DNA of 64,000 nt from Octopus vulgaris (GCA_951406725.2 OX597822.1:76384001-76448000); one strand, 5' to 3'; shown: positions 24,387 through 37,714, counted from the first letter of the stretch. The notes: generated by a model not told the origin, from the sequence alone. A program made the numbers and translations.

Positions 24387-25411
24387 ATTATTTGTATGAG
24401 ACTCTCTGTATTTTTTCAAATTAACGTTTTCATTATCACTTTCACTTTCATATTCCAGTCTTACTTCAGTCACCATGGTAAACGGTAATAAATAGGGCAA
24501 TTGGTTTGTTCAAGGGCAAATTTCAAAAGTAAAGAATTATTAGTAAACAAAAACAAATCATCAATAATAACAATAACAATAATAATAATAGAATCATATT
24601 AAAAGATAAAATTTGGATAAATACGAAGGGAAATCAAAATGTTGTTTGTGCCCCTTTTGGTTGTTTTTCTCCCTCTTTTTTCTAAACCCACCTTGTATTT
24701 TATTAACATATATATATTTTTTTGTTATGATATCCAGAACAATTCATTCTGTTATTTTTAAAAATGGGAGTTCAAGTGGTTTTAGTCACTTTTCCAAATC
24801 AATATTGTAACGCGATTTCAATTTATTTATTCCATCGCTATAGTTTCCTAGTTTCAGTTTTTGTTGTCTTAAAGCAGAGAAGTGTAGAGAATCAACTTTT
24901 TCGTAGCATGCATGTTTGTTAAGGATTTATTCCAGTGCTTTCAGCCATTTTGTTCCAGATGTACATTTTATTAGGATCCTTAGATTTCTATTCAATGCAA
25001 TTGATTTAAAAGGTCTAAAATCAGGGCATATTCCCTGCTTACATCACATCGTGATGCACTATAATAGAATGAGTTTATTCTGATGTCATATCATATTGCT
25101 ATATTTACTGATGTCTAATTCGCACTATTTCATATTTCATTTTAACAGAGAAAATCTGAGATGCAACTTATAGACAGGGCAATGTTAAAGCAGTGAAGGG
25201 AACTAATTTCATGCAAGATTTAACATTAATTAGGGATGCAGTTTACACTTAGAGCAAAGCTATTGTGCTGAGTTAAGTTTTGCAATATTTTAGTTACGTA
25301 TTTAGCCTATTCATCAAATTAGAACATAAGCAACCTCACATTCAAAGTAGAAGCCATCGTGTTGCACCATTAAAAACCACCTTTCTGCCAGTTCTTTGAT
25401 CCCATGGTGAT

Positions 25412-25644
25412 ACCTATTTTTTTACTACCGACGAAGGGCTAAACACAGAAGGGACAAACAAGGACAGACAAACGGATTAAGTCGATTACATCAACCCCAG
25501 TGCATAACTGGTACTTAATTTATCGACCCCGAAAGGATGAAAGGCCAAGTCGACCTCGGCGGAATTTGAACTCAGAACGTAATAGCACACGAAATACGGC
25601 TACGCATTTCGCCCGGCATGCTAACGTTTCTTCCAGCTCGCCGC
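25412..25644 (-). mobile_element. Family B SINE, young CpG-rich copy
   Basis: TTTGAACTCAGAACGT...GCTAACGTTTCTTCCAGCTCGCCGCC. The tail variant is shared with 51820-52037. Confidence 0.85.
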
Positions 25645-25799
25645 CAGATGGTGATACCATCTCTGGTCTTTCAAGCTGAAGAACTCTTTCACTGAAGCCT
25701 CCACCTCCTCTTAGTGTCAAGAGCACAGGAAGGGAGGTGGAGATTAGAACAAGTAATAATCCAAGGGACCTCCAAGAGAAGATGGAAGCTTCAGAAAGA

Positions 25800-25981
25800 A
25801 TTATCTGCTTCGGAGGACAAGAACTGGTATCAGCATGGGATCAAAGAACTGGCAGAAAATTAGTTTTAGATGGTGCAACATGATGACCTCTGCTTTGACT
25901 GCCAGGCTGCTTTTGTTGTAAGTTGATGGATAGAGCAAAGAACTTACCAAAATATTGCAAAACTTTTGACTCAGCACAATA
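25800..25981 (+). mobile_element. mariner transposase C-terminal remnant with probable right TIR
   Basis: Translation ASEDKNWYQHGIKELAEN*F*MVQHDDLCFD resembles the mariner C-terminus (xSKxxxxYxxGIxxLxERWxxxxxxDGxYF). Confidence 0.6.
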
Positions 25982-26216
25982 GAATGATGATGGGAAGAAA
26001 TTTTGTACCAAGATTTAACACTATGTTAGGGATGTGACTTATAGACAAGAGTGACTTATATGTGAGTAAATATGGTAAATTTTTATTTAACTATATGTTC
26101 ATTGCACTTGTGCGTCTTATAGGCCATCAAATATGGTAATTCTTTTTTATTTGTTATGTGTTAGGTATACTGATAAGCGTCTTAAAGAAAGCGTAGTTTT
26201 TCCTTGTTGTTTTCAT

Positions 26217-26782
26217 GGATCTCTTCAGTTTGGTTCACAAATGTTTTAGTTATTTTTTTTTTCTAACTAAACAGTTTGAAACTTCATATACTGGTGTAAT
26301 TTCTGACTCTGAACACGGTTTACTTTCAACATTTTTGACAAAATTTCTTATTTTAGAAGTTATTTTGTGTTAAAGTTGTCATGTTTGAGTAATTTTAACC
26401 AATCAGTGATGTGTATTGAGCTGAAGAAACCTACTACTATTTGCAATAGTAACCAAAGATCAACAACTTCCGGATCATCTACTGAATAATCCACACGTGG
26501 TTGAAAAATACATTTAGTAGAGATGACCCGAAAGTTGTTGCTCTTCAATCGCTATCAGAAACAGCAGTAGGTCTCTTCAGCTTAATACACATCATTCATT
26601 GGTTAAAATTATCCAAATGCGACAACTTTAATGTGAAATAGCTTCTAAAATACGAAATTTTATTTCAAAGATGTTGAAAGTAAACCATGTTCAGTGTCAG
26701 AAATTACACTAATATACGAAGTTTCAGACTGTTTAGTTAGAAAAAATAATAAAAAAATCTGTAAGCCAAACTGAAGAGATCC
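26217..26782. mobile_element. 566-bp foldback (palindromic) non-autonomous DNA element
   Basis: Ends GGATCTCTTCAGTTTGG and CCAAACTGAAGAGATCC are exact reverse complements. The arms stay complementary with mismatches for about 270 bp each. Confidence 0.9.
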
Positions 26783-28534
26783 GCCTTCTTTCCAGTATTT
26801 TCCTTTTTATGAGTGTTTTACAAGACAACATCTTGGTGTGGTTGTGGGGATGGATTTAACCCAGGATACACTGGAAGCCCAGGATTCACTGGGTAGTAAA
26901 TTTTACTCTCATCCACTACGAAAACCAAGATAAGCTCTATCTTAAGTAAAGCATTATACTTCACTGAGCATGAGTGAATGCTGATGGGAATTTAACCCTA
27001 GGATGTACTCATATCCTAGTCACTGGGTAGTATTTTACTTTCAGTTGCTTAAACCCTGCTAAAATCCTTGATAGGCTTTGGCAGGTGTGTGACAAACACC
27101 TGCCTGGATACTCAGTGCATGATGAGTCAGAACCAAATGTCATAAGAAACTTCATCTGAGGCTTTAACAAATTCTCCAATTCAATGCCTTAAAAATTGAC
27201 TCTACTCTTTTCAAAACACTCCTTATGTCTATTCATAAAGAAAGGAAAAAAAATGAAATGTTTTGCTAAGCATGATGGGTAGAAGTTAAGAAGTTAAATC
27301 TACCATTTTAATTCAAACGTAATTTTTATTCTAAATGGAGGGTAAAGAAAAAAAAATTCATTATTTGTTGCTTTCACAGTCTTTTTTTTTTCTTTTCTTG
27401 TTTACACTTTCTCTCATCTTATTTTCATTTAAAAGAAATAAGTGTTAAGTTGAATGTAATGGTAGGGGATGGTGAGATAAAGATGGAGCTGATGTGATAT
27501 TTTGAAGGCAAGTTTTTGCCAGACACTGCAAAATATAAAATTTAGAAGAACCACTCTCTGCACCCTCACCTTTCAAAATAACTTGAATTCCAGATTCTTT
27601 TAAATCTCAGTACATAAAAAAAAACAACTTTAAATCCACCATATGAAATAAAATCAATTTTTATGAAGTATCTATATGTGTCTGTGTATCGGTGTATGTG
27701 TGTGTGTGTGTGTGTGTGTCAGTGTATGTTTATGAAATGTAACAATAGACTTCTTCTAGTTATAAGAAGTTAATCTTATACATCATATTAGACAATGTAG
27801 AGCAGATGCAATATTTATTCTTCAACTACCGATTCGAGATTGCTTCCATTGTAGTCCAAGGAAACTGTAGTTTGCCAAAAAAAAAAAAGTAACTAATTCA
27901 CCCATACACACGCGCATATACTGGTGCAGTCATGCATACGTGCATACAAAGCAGCTGCTTCGTCACAACTTATGCAAACAAAGGCATGTATTTATATTGG
28001 TGTGTGCATGAGTATGTTTTTAGTCCAATAATACTTTGGACACGAAAACTTAACAGCATTTTGTCTGTCTTCATGTTCTGAGTTCAAATTCCATCGAATC
28101 CGACTTTGCTTTATATCACTTTTGGGGTTCATAAACTAAGTACCAGTTGAAGACTGGGGTTCATGAGACTGACTTACACCCTCCACTGAAATTGCTGGCC
28201 TTGTGCTAAAATTTGGAAGTAATATATTGGAGAATCTAGACATTTTAACAGAAAGCCTCTGTGCTCACAAATAGACTGAAACCACACAATCTGGTGGTCC
28301 CATCGTCTACTGGATGATAGTAGGGGTTTGCTCCCCTGCTGGCAGTATATACTGAGTGCAAATTACATCAATAACCAGCTGGAGGAAGCTCCTCGTGGGG
28401 TTAAAAACGATGGGAATGTTGATACCTTTGGAACAGCCATGTTGAAGTGGCAATAAGCTTTACATCTCAGTATAGCTACTACTGTCATATCTTATAAAGA
28501 GTTTCTAACTAGCTACTTTGCTCATATATAAATA

Positions 28535-28564
<30 letters not shown>

Positions 28565-28569
<5 letters not shown>

Positions 28570-29218
28570 CCAAGAGAGTTAGAGGTTGTGAATCCAACCA
28601 ACTAAGGGATAGTATCTATCCAATATACTGCTGGTAAAATACCCAATTATTAATACAAACCACTGCATGAATTCACCCTTCCTAACACATGAAACGTGTG
28701 TGTGTATTTCTCCTTTCATATACCTTTTCATTTGTACAAAACTGTACTCCTCTCTAACTCTATTGCTTACTTCGTTTTTACTCTTATTTCTCTTCTTATA
28801 TACTCTCCAATAGGAATATTGTACTATACCTACTAATAACTAATTCTTTTGTATATGTGTGTGTGTGTGTATTTATATGTACATAAATTAGCCCTCTGAA
28901 CTTTTTAGACCCTCTTCTAAACTCTCTGATGAAGCCTAGAGGCACACCCAAGTACCCTAATTTTAGGTACTGCCCATTACAGTGCACTGCAAAGATGGAA
29001 ATAATATGTGGGGTACTGTGATCTCTTGGCAGAAACAGCTGTAAGAAACTGTTCTTCTTTCTCTATTCTCGAAATTACTGGTACTTATTTATGTAAAACA
29101 CAATCTTTACATATGTATATATATTCTCATAATTGCTTAAAATAAATAAATGGACATAATATAATGTTTAACAGCTGATGAATACTACCTCTGGATTCCC
29201 TCCATTTTCTTCTTGCCG
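28565..29218 (+). mobile_element. Penelope-like terminal repeat remnant inserted in (TA)n
   Basis: Flanked on both sides by (TA)n and carries a minimal hammerhead motif. The family assignment is inference. Confidence 0.55.
28923..29046 (+). ncRNA. Type I hammerhead ribozyme-like motif with long stem II and palindromic stem III
   Basis: tct-CTGATGA(28926-28932)-a-GCCtAGAG...CTCTtGGC-a-GAAAC(29032-29036)-agct-GTA(29041-29043)-aga. ACAGCTGT is a palindrome. Confidence 0.6.
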
Positions 29219-29421
29219 TATATATACATATATATATATATATTATAAGTATATTTGATGATGATATATATATATATATATATACATATATATCAGGCAC
29301 ACGTTACAAGTAGTTACTCAGGGTAGGCAGTTGGTGATCTTTGTGTTGTAAAATACACAAAAAATAAGCAAACCTCAGTTTTGCCTCTGAGTTGAAGGCA
29401 GATTTACTTCTGGCTTTGTCG

Positions 29422-29680
29422 CATCATCATCATCATCATCGCTTAATATCCGTTTTCCATGCTGGCATGCTTCGGTCGGTTTGACTGGAGACTGGCAAGC
29501 CAGGAGGCTGCACCAGGCTCCAATCTGATCTGGCAATGTTTCTACAGCTGGATGCCCTTCCTAATGCCAACCACTCCGAGAGTGTAGTGGTGGGTGCTTT
29601 TTATGTGCCACCAGCACTGTAGCCAGTCAGGAGACACTGGCATTGGCCACGTTTGGATGGTGCTTTTTACGTGCACATAA
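29422..29680 (-). mobile_element. RTE-like (GAT)n-tailed element
   Basis: Aligns with 9281-9450. Confidence 0.8.
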
Positions 29681-29944
29681 AGAGATGGTTGTTGTAGGAG
29701 TGTACGCAGCACATGCACTACAGCAGTACCATGCATAACTTAAATACTGAGATTGAAAAGCAGGGATGAATTATGCCTACCTAATCTACAAAAAAATTAA
29801 ATATTTTGCATTTCATGCATAATAATCAGATTAACGTTCATATCTTTAGGAGCATATTTTGCCACAAAAGGAATATATTACTATCCATCTATTTTGTTCA
29901 AGAAAAGCACTGCCTAACTTGCCAGCCTAGGTGTCATGTCCCTG

Positions 29945-30062
29945 ATCTATCTATCTATCTATCTATCTATCTCTATCCATCCATCCGTCCATCTATCTAT
30001 CTAATTATCTATCTCTCTATCCATCCATCCATCCATCTATCCAGCTTTCTATCTATCCATCC

Positions 30063-30096
<34 letters not shown>

Positions 30097-30140
30097 TTAT
30101 CTTTCTATCTATCCATCCATCTCTCTACCTATCCATCTCT
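29945..30140. repeat. (TATC/CATC)n tetranucleotide microsatellite
   Basis: Directly visible. Confidence 0.95.
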
Positions 30141-30146
30141 CTCATT

Positions 30147-30188
<42 letters not shown>

Positions 30189-30682
30189 CATATACATGCA
30201 CACACACGCTCACACACATATGTGCATGTGTACATTAAACAGTGTTCCTTCTCTTGCAAGATAAACCATTGTTGAGAAGGAGAGATTCACCAGGGTCATT
30301 GCTGTTTTGTACAAAGTGTAAACTAATGTCTCTGGCATTTTCTTCAGAGATCCCTTTCTTTTTTGGTTTGTTTTGCTTTGTTTCCTGTTCACAGGGAGAT
30401 TCAAAAAGACATTTGTTATTCTCCATTGCTGTCATTGTCTAGAAAAATTTGTCACAACTCAGGAGAAGTTCTGAAATGCTATGGGAAACAAAACCAAAAT
30501 GAATTTTATCTTACATCGCATTACACGGGTAGCAGAACACATTTATACACAAAAGAACAGAAGGAGCCAGAGACCTGCATAAAGATTCACAGAACAAATA
30601 ATTAATACATGAATAACTGCTTTCTTATTCTTGAGAAGGTCTCCATTAAATTAACATCATCAGTGATATATATATATATATA

Positions 30683-31912
30683 CAGGAGTTGGACAAAATA
30701 ATGGAAACACCTTAAAATTTCAAACAAATTTATTTCAATATGCAGTAGGACTGCCTTTGGCAGTAATTACAGCTTAAATTCTATGAGGTATGGACTTGTA
30801 CAAAGTTTGAATTGTTTCCAAAGGAATTTTTGTCCATTCTTCAGTTAAAACAGTCTCCAGTTCTTGTAGTGATTATGGTGGAGGATATCGATTCCTTTCT
30901 TGTTATACCAAAATGCACCATAAATGTTTAATAATATTGAGATCTGGGGACTGTTGTGGCCAGGTAAGATATTCAACCTCACTAGAATGTTCCTTGTGCC
31001 ATTCAGTAACAACTTTAGCTGTGTGAATTGGTGCATTATCATCCTGATAGATTGCGTTTCCCTTCGGAAACAGTTCCGTAAACATAGGATGAATTTGATC
31101 AGATAAAATGCTTAAATAGTCTTGACTATTAATTCTACCATGAAGGAAAACAATTGGGCTGGCGAATTTCAAAGATATAGACCCCCAGATCATCACAGAT
31201 CCTCCTCCATGTTTAACAGTTGGAAGAAGGCAGTCTCGGTCAATTGTTTCTTTTGGCTGTCTCCACACGTATACTCGACTGGTGGTCGAAAATAAGGTAA
31301 AGGATGACTCATCCAAGAAAATAACATTCTTTCACTGCTCTAGAGACCAATCCTGTAGGTTTTTACTCCACTTAGCAACGTTTGTTTTTCAAATAGTGGT
31401 TTTCTGATTGCAATCCTCCTGAGAAATGTGGCTTCGTGCAGCTCCCAGTGAACAGGGAAACTGGGTTTTTGAGGTGGTCATTAAGCTCTGAAGTAATTTT
31501 GGGAGCTGTACTTCTGTGATCTTTTCTAACAATTCACGTAAGAATCCAACGTTCCCTATCTGAAAGTTTTGGTATTCTTCCGGAGTTTTGTTTCAACGAG
31601 GAGGTTTCTCCCTCTTTCTCAAAGGATGTCATTACTTTGGAGATAGTACTTCTTCATACACTAAACATTTCGGCTGTTTTCGTTGCACTAGCACCTGCCA
31701 TATGAGCACCAACAATTTGACGACTTTGAAGTCCGATAGATCTGTCATTTTAATGAATTTCAATTACCTTTTACTGATGATATCTGGAAAGAAACAGTAA
31801 TTTTAGCAAAACATATTAAGTAACACTAATAACAAATCAAAACACATAAAATAAACAAGCTTTTGATGGTTTTATAGATATTTCAAAATTATGATGCTAG
31901 GTGTTACCATTA

Positions 31913-31971
<59 letters not shown>
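30683..31971 (-). mobile_element. Tc1-family DNA transposon, near full length, DD36E spacing (Incomer-like), inactive
   Basis: TA|CAGGAGTTGGACAAAATAATGGAAACACCT TIR at 30683-30712. Its partner AGGTGTTACCATTATTTT at 31899-31916 runs into (CT)n and ends CTG|TA. A transposase remnant lies inside. Confidence 0.9.
30736..31748 (-). pseudogene. Tc1 transposase pseudogene (HTH plus DDE catalytic domain)
   Basis: N-terminus MTDLSDF..QIVGAHMAGAS. ORF 30903-31316 has DESSF, TVKHGGGSVMIWG, QDDNAPIH and WPQQSPDLNIIK (catalytic E replaced by K). Stops and frameshifts occur elsewhere. Confidence 0.9.
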
Positions 31972-31974
<3 letters not shown>

Positions 31975-32170
31975 ATATATATATATATATATGCAGAATG
32001 CTTGTTGTAAAATCTCAAGAGAAGAGATGAGAGTAGTAACTATACTAACAAGTAAAGTTAATCGCCACATCAAAGTGGCTGCTCCATATTATTACTAGTT
32101 TAACCCCTGGTAGATCTTCTGCCAGCTGGTTATCTATGCAACACTGCACCCTGCCCATACACATACACAC

Positions 32171-32227
<57 letters not shown>

Positions 32228-32678
32228 CATACATACAGAGAGAGATAGATAGATATCATTATCATCACCGTTTAATGATTGTGTTCCATGCTGGCATGGG
32301 TTGGATGATTGGAGAGGATCCAACAGGTCAGAGGGTCGTGTCAAGTTCCACTGTCCCCTTTGGTATGATTTCTGTGACTGGATGCCCTTCCTAATGCCAA
32401 CCAATTTACAGAGTGTACAGGCTGCTTTTTCATGTCATCAGTACAATAATTTATATATATATAAAATACATGTATTATTTACTCTTTTACTTGTTTCAGT
32501 CACTTGACCGTGACCCTGCTGGAGCACCACCTTTAGTCGAACAAATCGACCTTAGGACTTATTTTTTGTAAGCCTGGTACTTATTCTATTGGTCTCTTTT
32601 GCCAAACTGCTAAGTTATGGGGATGTGAACACACCAACATCAGTTGTCAAGCGATGGTAGGGGACAAACACACACATA

Positions 32679-32726
<48 letters not shown>

Positions 32727-32845
32727 AAGCATTTGCAGCATGGAAGGTGTTTATAATCCATTTAAGAAACACACAAAAACCGTTAGATTCACTTCAATAT
32801 TTAAATTTAAGACACACACCCACACAAACACACATACACACATAT

Positions 32846-33395
32846 ATCATCATTATCATCGTTGCCGTTTAACATCTGCTTTCAATGCTGGCATGGGTTG
32901 GATGGTTTGACTGAGAACTGACAAGCTGGGAGCCTGCAGCAGGCTCCAATCTGATCTGGCAAGGTTTCTACAAGTGGATGCCTTCCTAATGCCAACCACT
33001 CCAAGAGTGTAGTGGGTGCTTTTTGTATGCCATATGCACGGGAGCCTGTCAGGCTGAACTGGCATCAACCATGCATGAATAGTCCTTTTCATGTGTCTCT
33101 GGCACGGGTGCCAGCCAGGCAGCGCTGGCATCAGCCAAGCTTGAATGGTGCTTTATATGTACCACTGGCACAGGGTGCTAGCCAGGCAGCACTGGCATTT
33201 GCCATGCTCAAATCATGCTTTTCATGTGCCACCAGCACAGGGTGCCAGTCAAGCAGCACCGGCATCAGCCACATACGCATGGCGCTTTTTATGTGCCACT
33301 GGCATGGGGTGCCAGTCAGGCAATACTGGCATCAGCCATACATCAATAGTGCTTTTCATGTACCACGAGCACATGTGCCAGTCAAGTGGCGCTGG

Positions 33396-33400
<5 letters not shown>
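32846..33400 (-). mobile_element. RTE-like (GAT)n-tailed element with about 6 diverged ~62-bp internal units
   Basis: Family tail at 32846-33015, then repeated TTTT.ATGTGCCAC.GGCAC.GG.GCCAG.CAGGCAG..CTGGCATCAGCCA units. Confidence 0.8.
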
Positions 33401-33430
<30 letters not shown>

Positions 33431-33958
33431 ATATATATCAACTTTTCTCTGCAGAAAGACTGTCTGAAAGTTTGCACTTTTCACCCCCTGTGACCATTTC
33501 TCGTTAATCTTTCTGTTGAGTTATATTATTTACTTACTTAACGATTGTCAGTCAATGCAGTAGCAAAGTTCAATATATCTAACATTCTAAGAGATATAGA
33601 AATTATGTCACAATTATTCAACTTACAAACTATATATGTGTGTGTATAATGTGTGTGTATGTGTGTGTATAATATATATGCATGTGTATATAGTGTGTGT
33701 GTGTATGTGTGTGTATAGAGTGTGTGTAATATGCATGTGTATTGTGTGTGTATAATGATGTGCATAATGTGTGTGTGTAATATGTGTGTGTGTAATGTGT
33801 GTGTGTAATATATATGTGTGTATATATATATACATATATACGCATATATATACATATATTTATGTGTGTATACACACACACACACATATATGCATATATA
33901 TATATACATATATTTATATATGTGTGTGTATATATACATATATTTATATATGTGTGTG

Positions 33959-33999
<41 letters not shown>

Positions 34000-35234
34000 G
34001 TGTGTGTATATATATATATATATGTAATGTAATAATCTGGACGTTTATGAAATTATTGAAAAGAAATATCACAAAAATGAAATTACATTTGACCTTTATG
34101 TGTGGCTTGGTTGAACGAATATATGTGTATGCACTATATGTATATACGTGTGTGGGTGTGTGTGTGTGTGTGTGTGTGTGTGCAGGTTGTTGATCCATGT
34201 TTTTCAGTCTGTATCATTGTTAGAATATAAAGGATTATCTCGATGTTGTTGACTATGTCAAGGTCTGGTCTAGAATACAAAGTACTTGCGTATACATGTG
34301 GTAAGACATACATGTGGTAAGACATACATGTATTTTGTACACGTGCACATGCGCTTACAGATGGGCATATACATACATACGCACACACATATTTATATAT
34401 AAACACGTACATGTCTGTGTGCATATGTATGTATGTATGCATGTATATGTATATATGTTTGTATTTGTATTTCATGTAAGCAAGCACGTGCTCTCGTCCA
34501 AGTGCCATAGTTTCTACATCAAGGAATTTGTTCAATGTATTGTAGAAACCAGAATAATATTCCGGATAATTCCAAGATCAAGTGACATTTAGCTTCTTTG
34601 TCACTTTCCTTCATCTTTATTTCGTTTTCTCTTTCTCTTCATTATCTCATTTTTACATCTTTTTCTCTTTCTCTGCTTTTCTCTTTCTTTCTTTCATGCT
34701 TCTTTTCTCTCTCCCCTAATCTTACTTTCTTTCCTTCTTTTTCGGGATTTTCTTTCTCATTCTAATCTTTCTATCATTTTTCTTTTGTGCTTTCTCTTTT
34801 CAAAGAAAAAAAAAACTTTTATTCATTCTCTTTCTTTCCTTTATGTATTCTTTCTTTTTCCTTTCAATTTTTAGTTCTAATTCTTTCTTTTCTTCATTGG
34901 CATTGTTTTTCTTTTTTTTTTGTTTTCTTTTCAAATTTATCCTTTCATTGCTTCCCTCAAATGAAGAGCATGACAAAATACCACAACCGACATGAGCCAA
35001 CAAGGATAACTCTATATGGTCACCTGACTAGCTAAACATAGCAGCCAAGCCTCCTACGAATGACATCCCAGCATCTTAGGATAAAACACATAATATAATA
35101 GGAACATGGTCTCCTTGCACTCAAGGATACAACTGAAATTCCTTTGATTGCAGATCTGTAGATCATGGTTAACTTGGGGCAAAACAACAACCTATATTGA
35201 AAACAATGCTGATGATGGGCAATAACAATATCCT

Positions 35235-35555
35235 CATCATCATCATATGTCCGTTTTCTATGCTGGCATGGGTAGGACGGTTTGACTGAAAACTGATAAG
35301 CTGGGGAGCTGCACCAGGTTCCAATCTGATTTGGCATATTTTCTATGGTTGGATGCTCTTCTTAATGGCAACCACTCCAATAGTGTAGTGGGTACTTTTT
35401 ACATGCCACTTATGCACCATCACCACTGGCAATGACTACGATCTCATTTGGCTTGACAGGTCTTCCGAAGCACGGTATATCACCAAAGGTCTCGGTCACT
35501 TGTCCCTGCCTCTGTGAGACCCAACGTTTGGAATATGCATTTTACATGCCACCAG
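35235..35555 (-). mobile_element. RTE-like (GAT)n-tailed element
   Basis: Family blocks as above. Confidence 0.75.
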
Positions 35556-35742
35556 CAGAGGTGATGACTATTGTGGAAGCAGTTCAACCAAGACCATCCC
35601 CACCTATATTCAGGTATCATATATCTAATACAACATTCTCCAGTATGGACTTATACATAAGCTTGTCTAACCATTTATTGCACAGGAATTGAGTATTCTC
35701 AGTTCAGTGCATGTGCACTTGAAACACCTTTGTCTTCTATTC

Positions 35743-36110
35743 TCATACTTGTTTCAGTCATTGGATAGCGACCATGCTGGAGCATTACCTTGAAGAACTT
35801 TTAGTCAAATGAACCACCCCAGTACTTAATTTTTTTTTTTTTTTTAATTTGGTATTTATTCTATCAATCTTTTTTGCTGAACTGTTTAGTTAGAGACATA
35901 AATACGCCAACACCGGTGATAGGGGACAAACACAAACAGGAATCCAATGAAAGGCTTCTTTCAGTTTCCATTCATCAAATCCACTCACAAAGCATTGGTC
36001 GGTCTGAGGCTATGGCAGAAGACATTTGACCAAGGTACTATGTAGTAGGACTGAACCCGGAATGATGAGGCTGGGAAGCAAGGATCTTACCACAGAGCAA
36101 TGCCTGTAGC
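35743..36110 (-). mobile_element. Family A SINE
   Basis: Tail and head blocks in reverse orientation. Confidence 0.8.
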
Positions 36111-36744
36111 TAAGGGAACAGAGTTAACACACTTTAGATAAAGAGGTACTTTCAAGAATTTTCCATGTTCCGTATGATGTAATATGCAAATTTTATTTTT
36201 ACTAGCCAGTAGAAAGAAATTGTGGGAACTGATTTGCATATGATTAGCATATCACATTATCAGCAAGCATTTAATCAGAACAGTTTAGGGCTAAGATGAT
36301 AAGCTTGTATTTCTAGCAAGTTGAATGGCATGTAGTGGTGGCTTTAGTGGTAGTGATTGTGGTGGTGATGGAGGTAGTTATTGTAGTGGTGGTGGTGGTG
36401 GTGGTGGTGGTGGTGGTGGTGGTGATTGTAGTGGTAGTGGTAGTGGCGATGGTGGAGACACTGACTACTGACAATTACAATGTGCTAATGGTTTGGATAA
36501 TGGTGATGACAATAAGGATGGCAATGAAGATGATATCAGCTGCTGTTGCTGCTTGGCCCCTATTCAATTCCATGTATATAGACTTATGTTCGACAGTGTT
36601 CCTGCCAAGTGACGATTCCACTTTTTATTTAGGCAACATATCTAATACTGCATTCTTCAACGAAGTCTTACATAATAACTAGAGTAGTATGATTAAGCTT
36701 CTATTTCTAGCAAGCCAAACTACTGAATAGAGGCTATTTGTTAA

Positions 36745-36936
36745 CAGGTGGAGTGGCTGTGTGGTAAGTAGCTTGCTTACGAACCGCATAATTCCTAATA
36801 CAGTCCCACTGCATGGCACCTTGGGCAAGTATCTTCTACTATAGCTTCGGGCCGATCAAAGCCTTGTGAGTGGATTTGGTTGACGGAAACTGAAAGAAGC
36901 CTGTCGTATGTATGTATATAAATACATATATATATA

Positions 36937-36967
<31 letters not shown>

Positions 36968-37140
36968 GTATGTGTATGTATAAGCTGGTGTGTTTACGTC
37001 CCCGTAACTTAGCGGTTTGGCAAAAGAGACTGATAGAATAAGCACTAGGCTTACAAAGAATAAGTCCTGGGGTCGATTTGCTCAACTAGAGGCGGTGCTC
37101 CAACATGGCCACAGTCAAATGATTCAAACAAGTAAAAGAT
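36745..37140 (+). mobile_element. Family A SINE, near full length
   Basis: GGAGTGGCTGTGTGGTAAGTAGCTTGC head through the tail. Confidence 0.85.
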
Positions 37141-37714
37141 TAAAAAAAGATGGTGTTGATGATGAGGATGATGATCATGTGACTTTAGAGGATACAGGTC
37201 TATTTCTAGCAGGCTGAATTACTACATAGAGGCACTTGTTGACTTGTGATGATGATGATGATGATGATGATGGTGATGGTGATGATGATGATGGAGATGA
37301 TGATGATGAGGATGAATATTGTGATTGGTGATGGTGAAGTTTTAGCGTGATAATAATGAAAACAACACTGCTGATGACGATGACAATAATGATATTGACA
37401 GCCATAATGACTTAGTGACAATACATCAAAGACAATTATTATCACATTATAACGAGACATTGTCAGTTTATAATTATCAGTTCTCATTGCCCTTCTTTGT
37501 TATTTTTTTCTCTCTTTCATATAAAGATTTATCATAAAACACTCACATGCGCTTGCACACACACACACACACACAGAGTTTGATAAATTTGATCAGCGTA
37601 ACACACGAAACTTGTGGACTCTGAGCCACAAATGTGGATTATCAGCTAAACATAAAGATAGGTTTGTCTTTGAATATTCAGTTTTATTTCTCCTTTTTAT
37701 ATCAGTAAGACTAT

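Noticed and set aside
29175-29200. Second CTGATGA as another hammerhead
   Set aside because: No following stem II or GAAA box.
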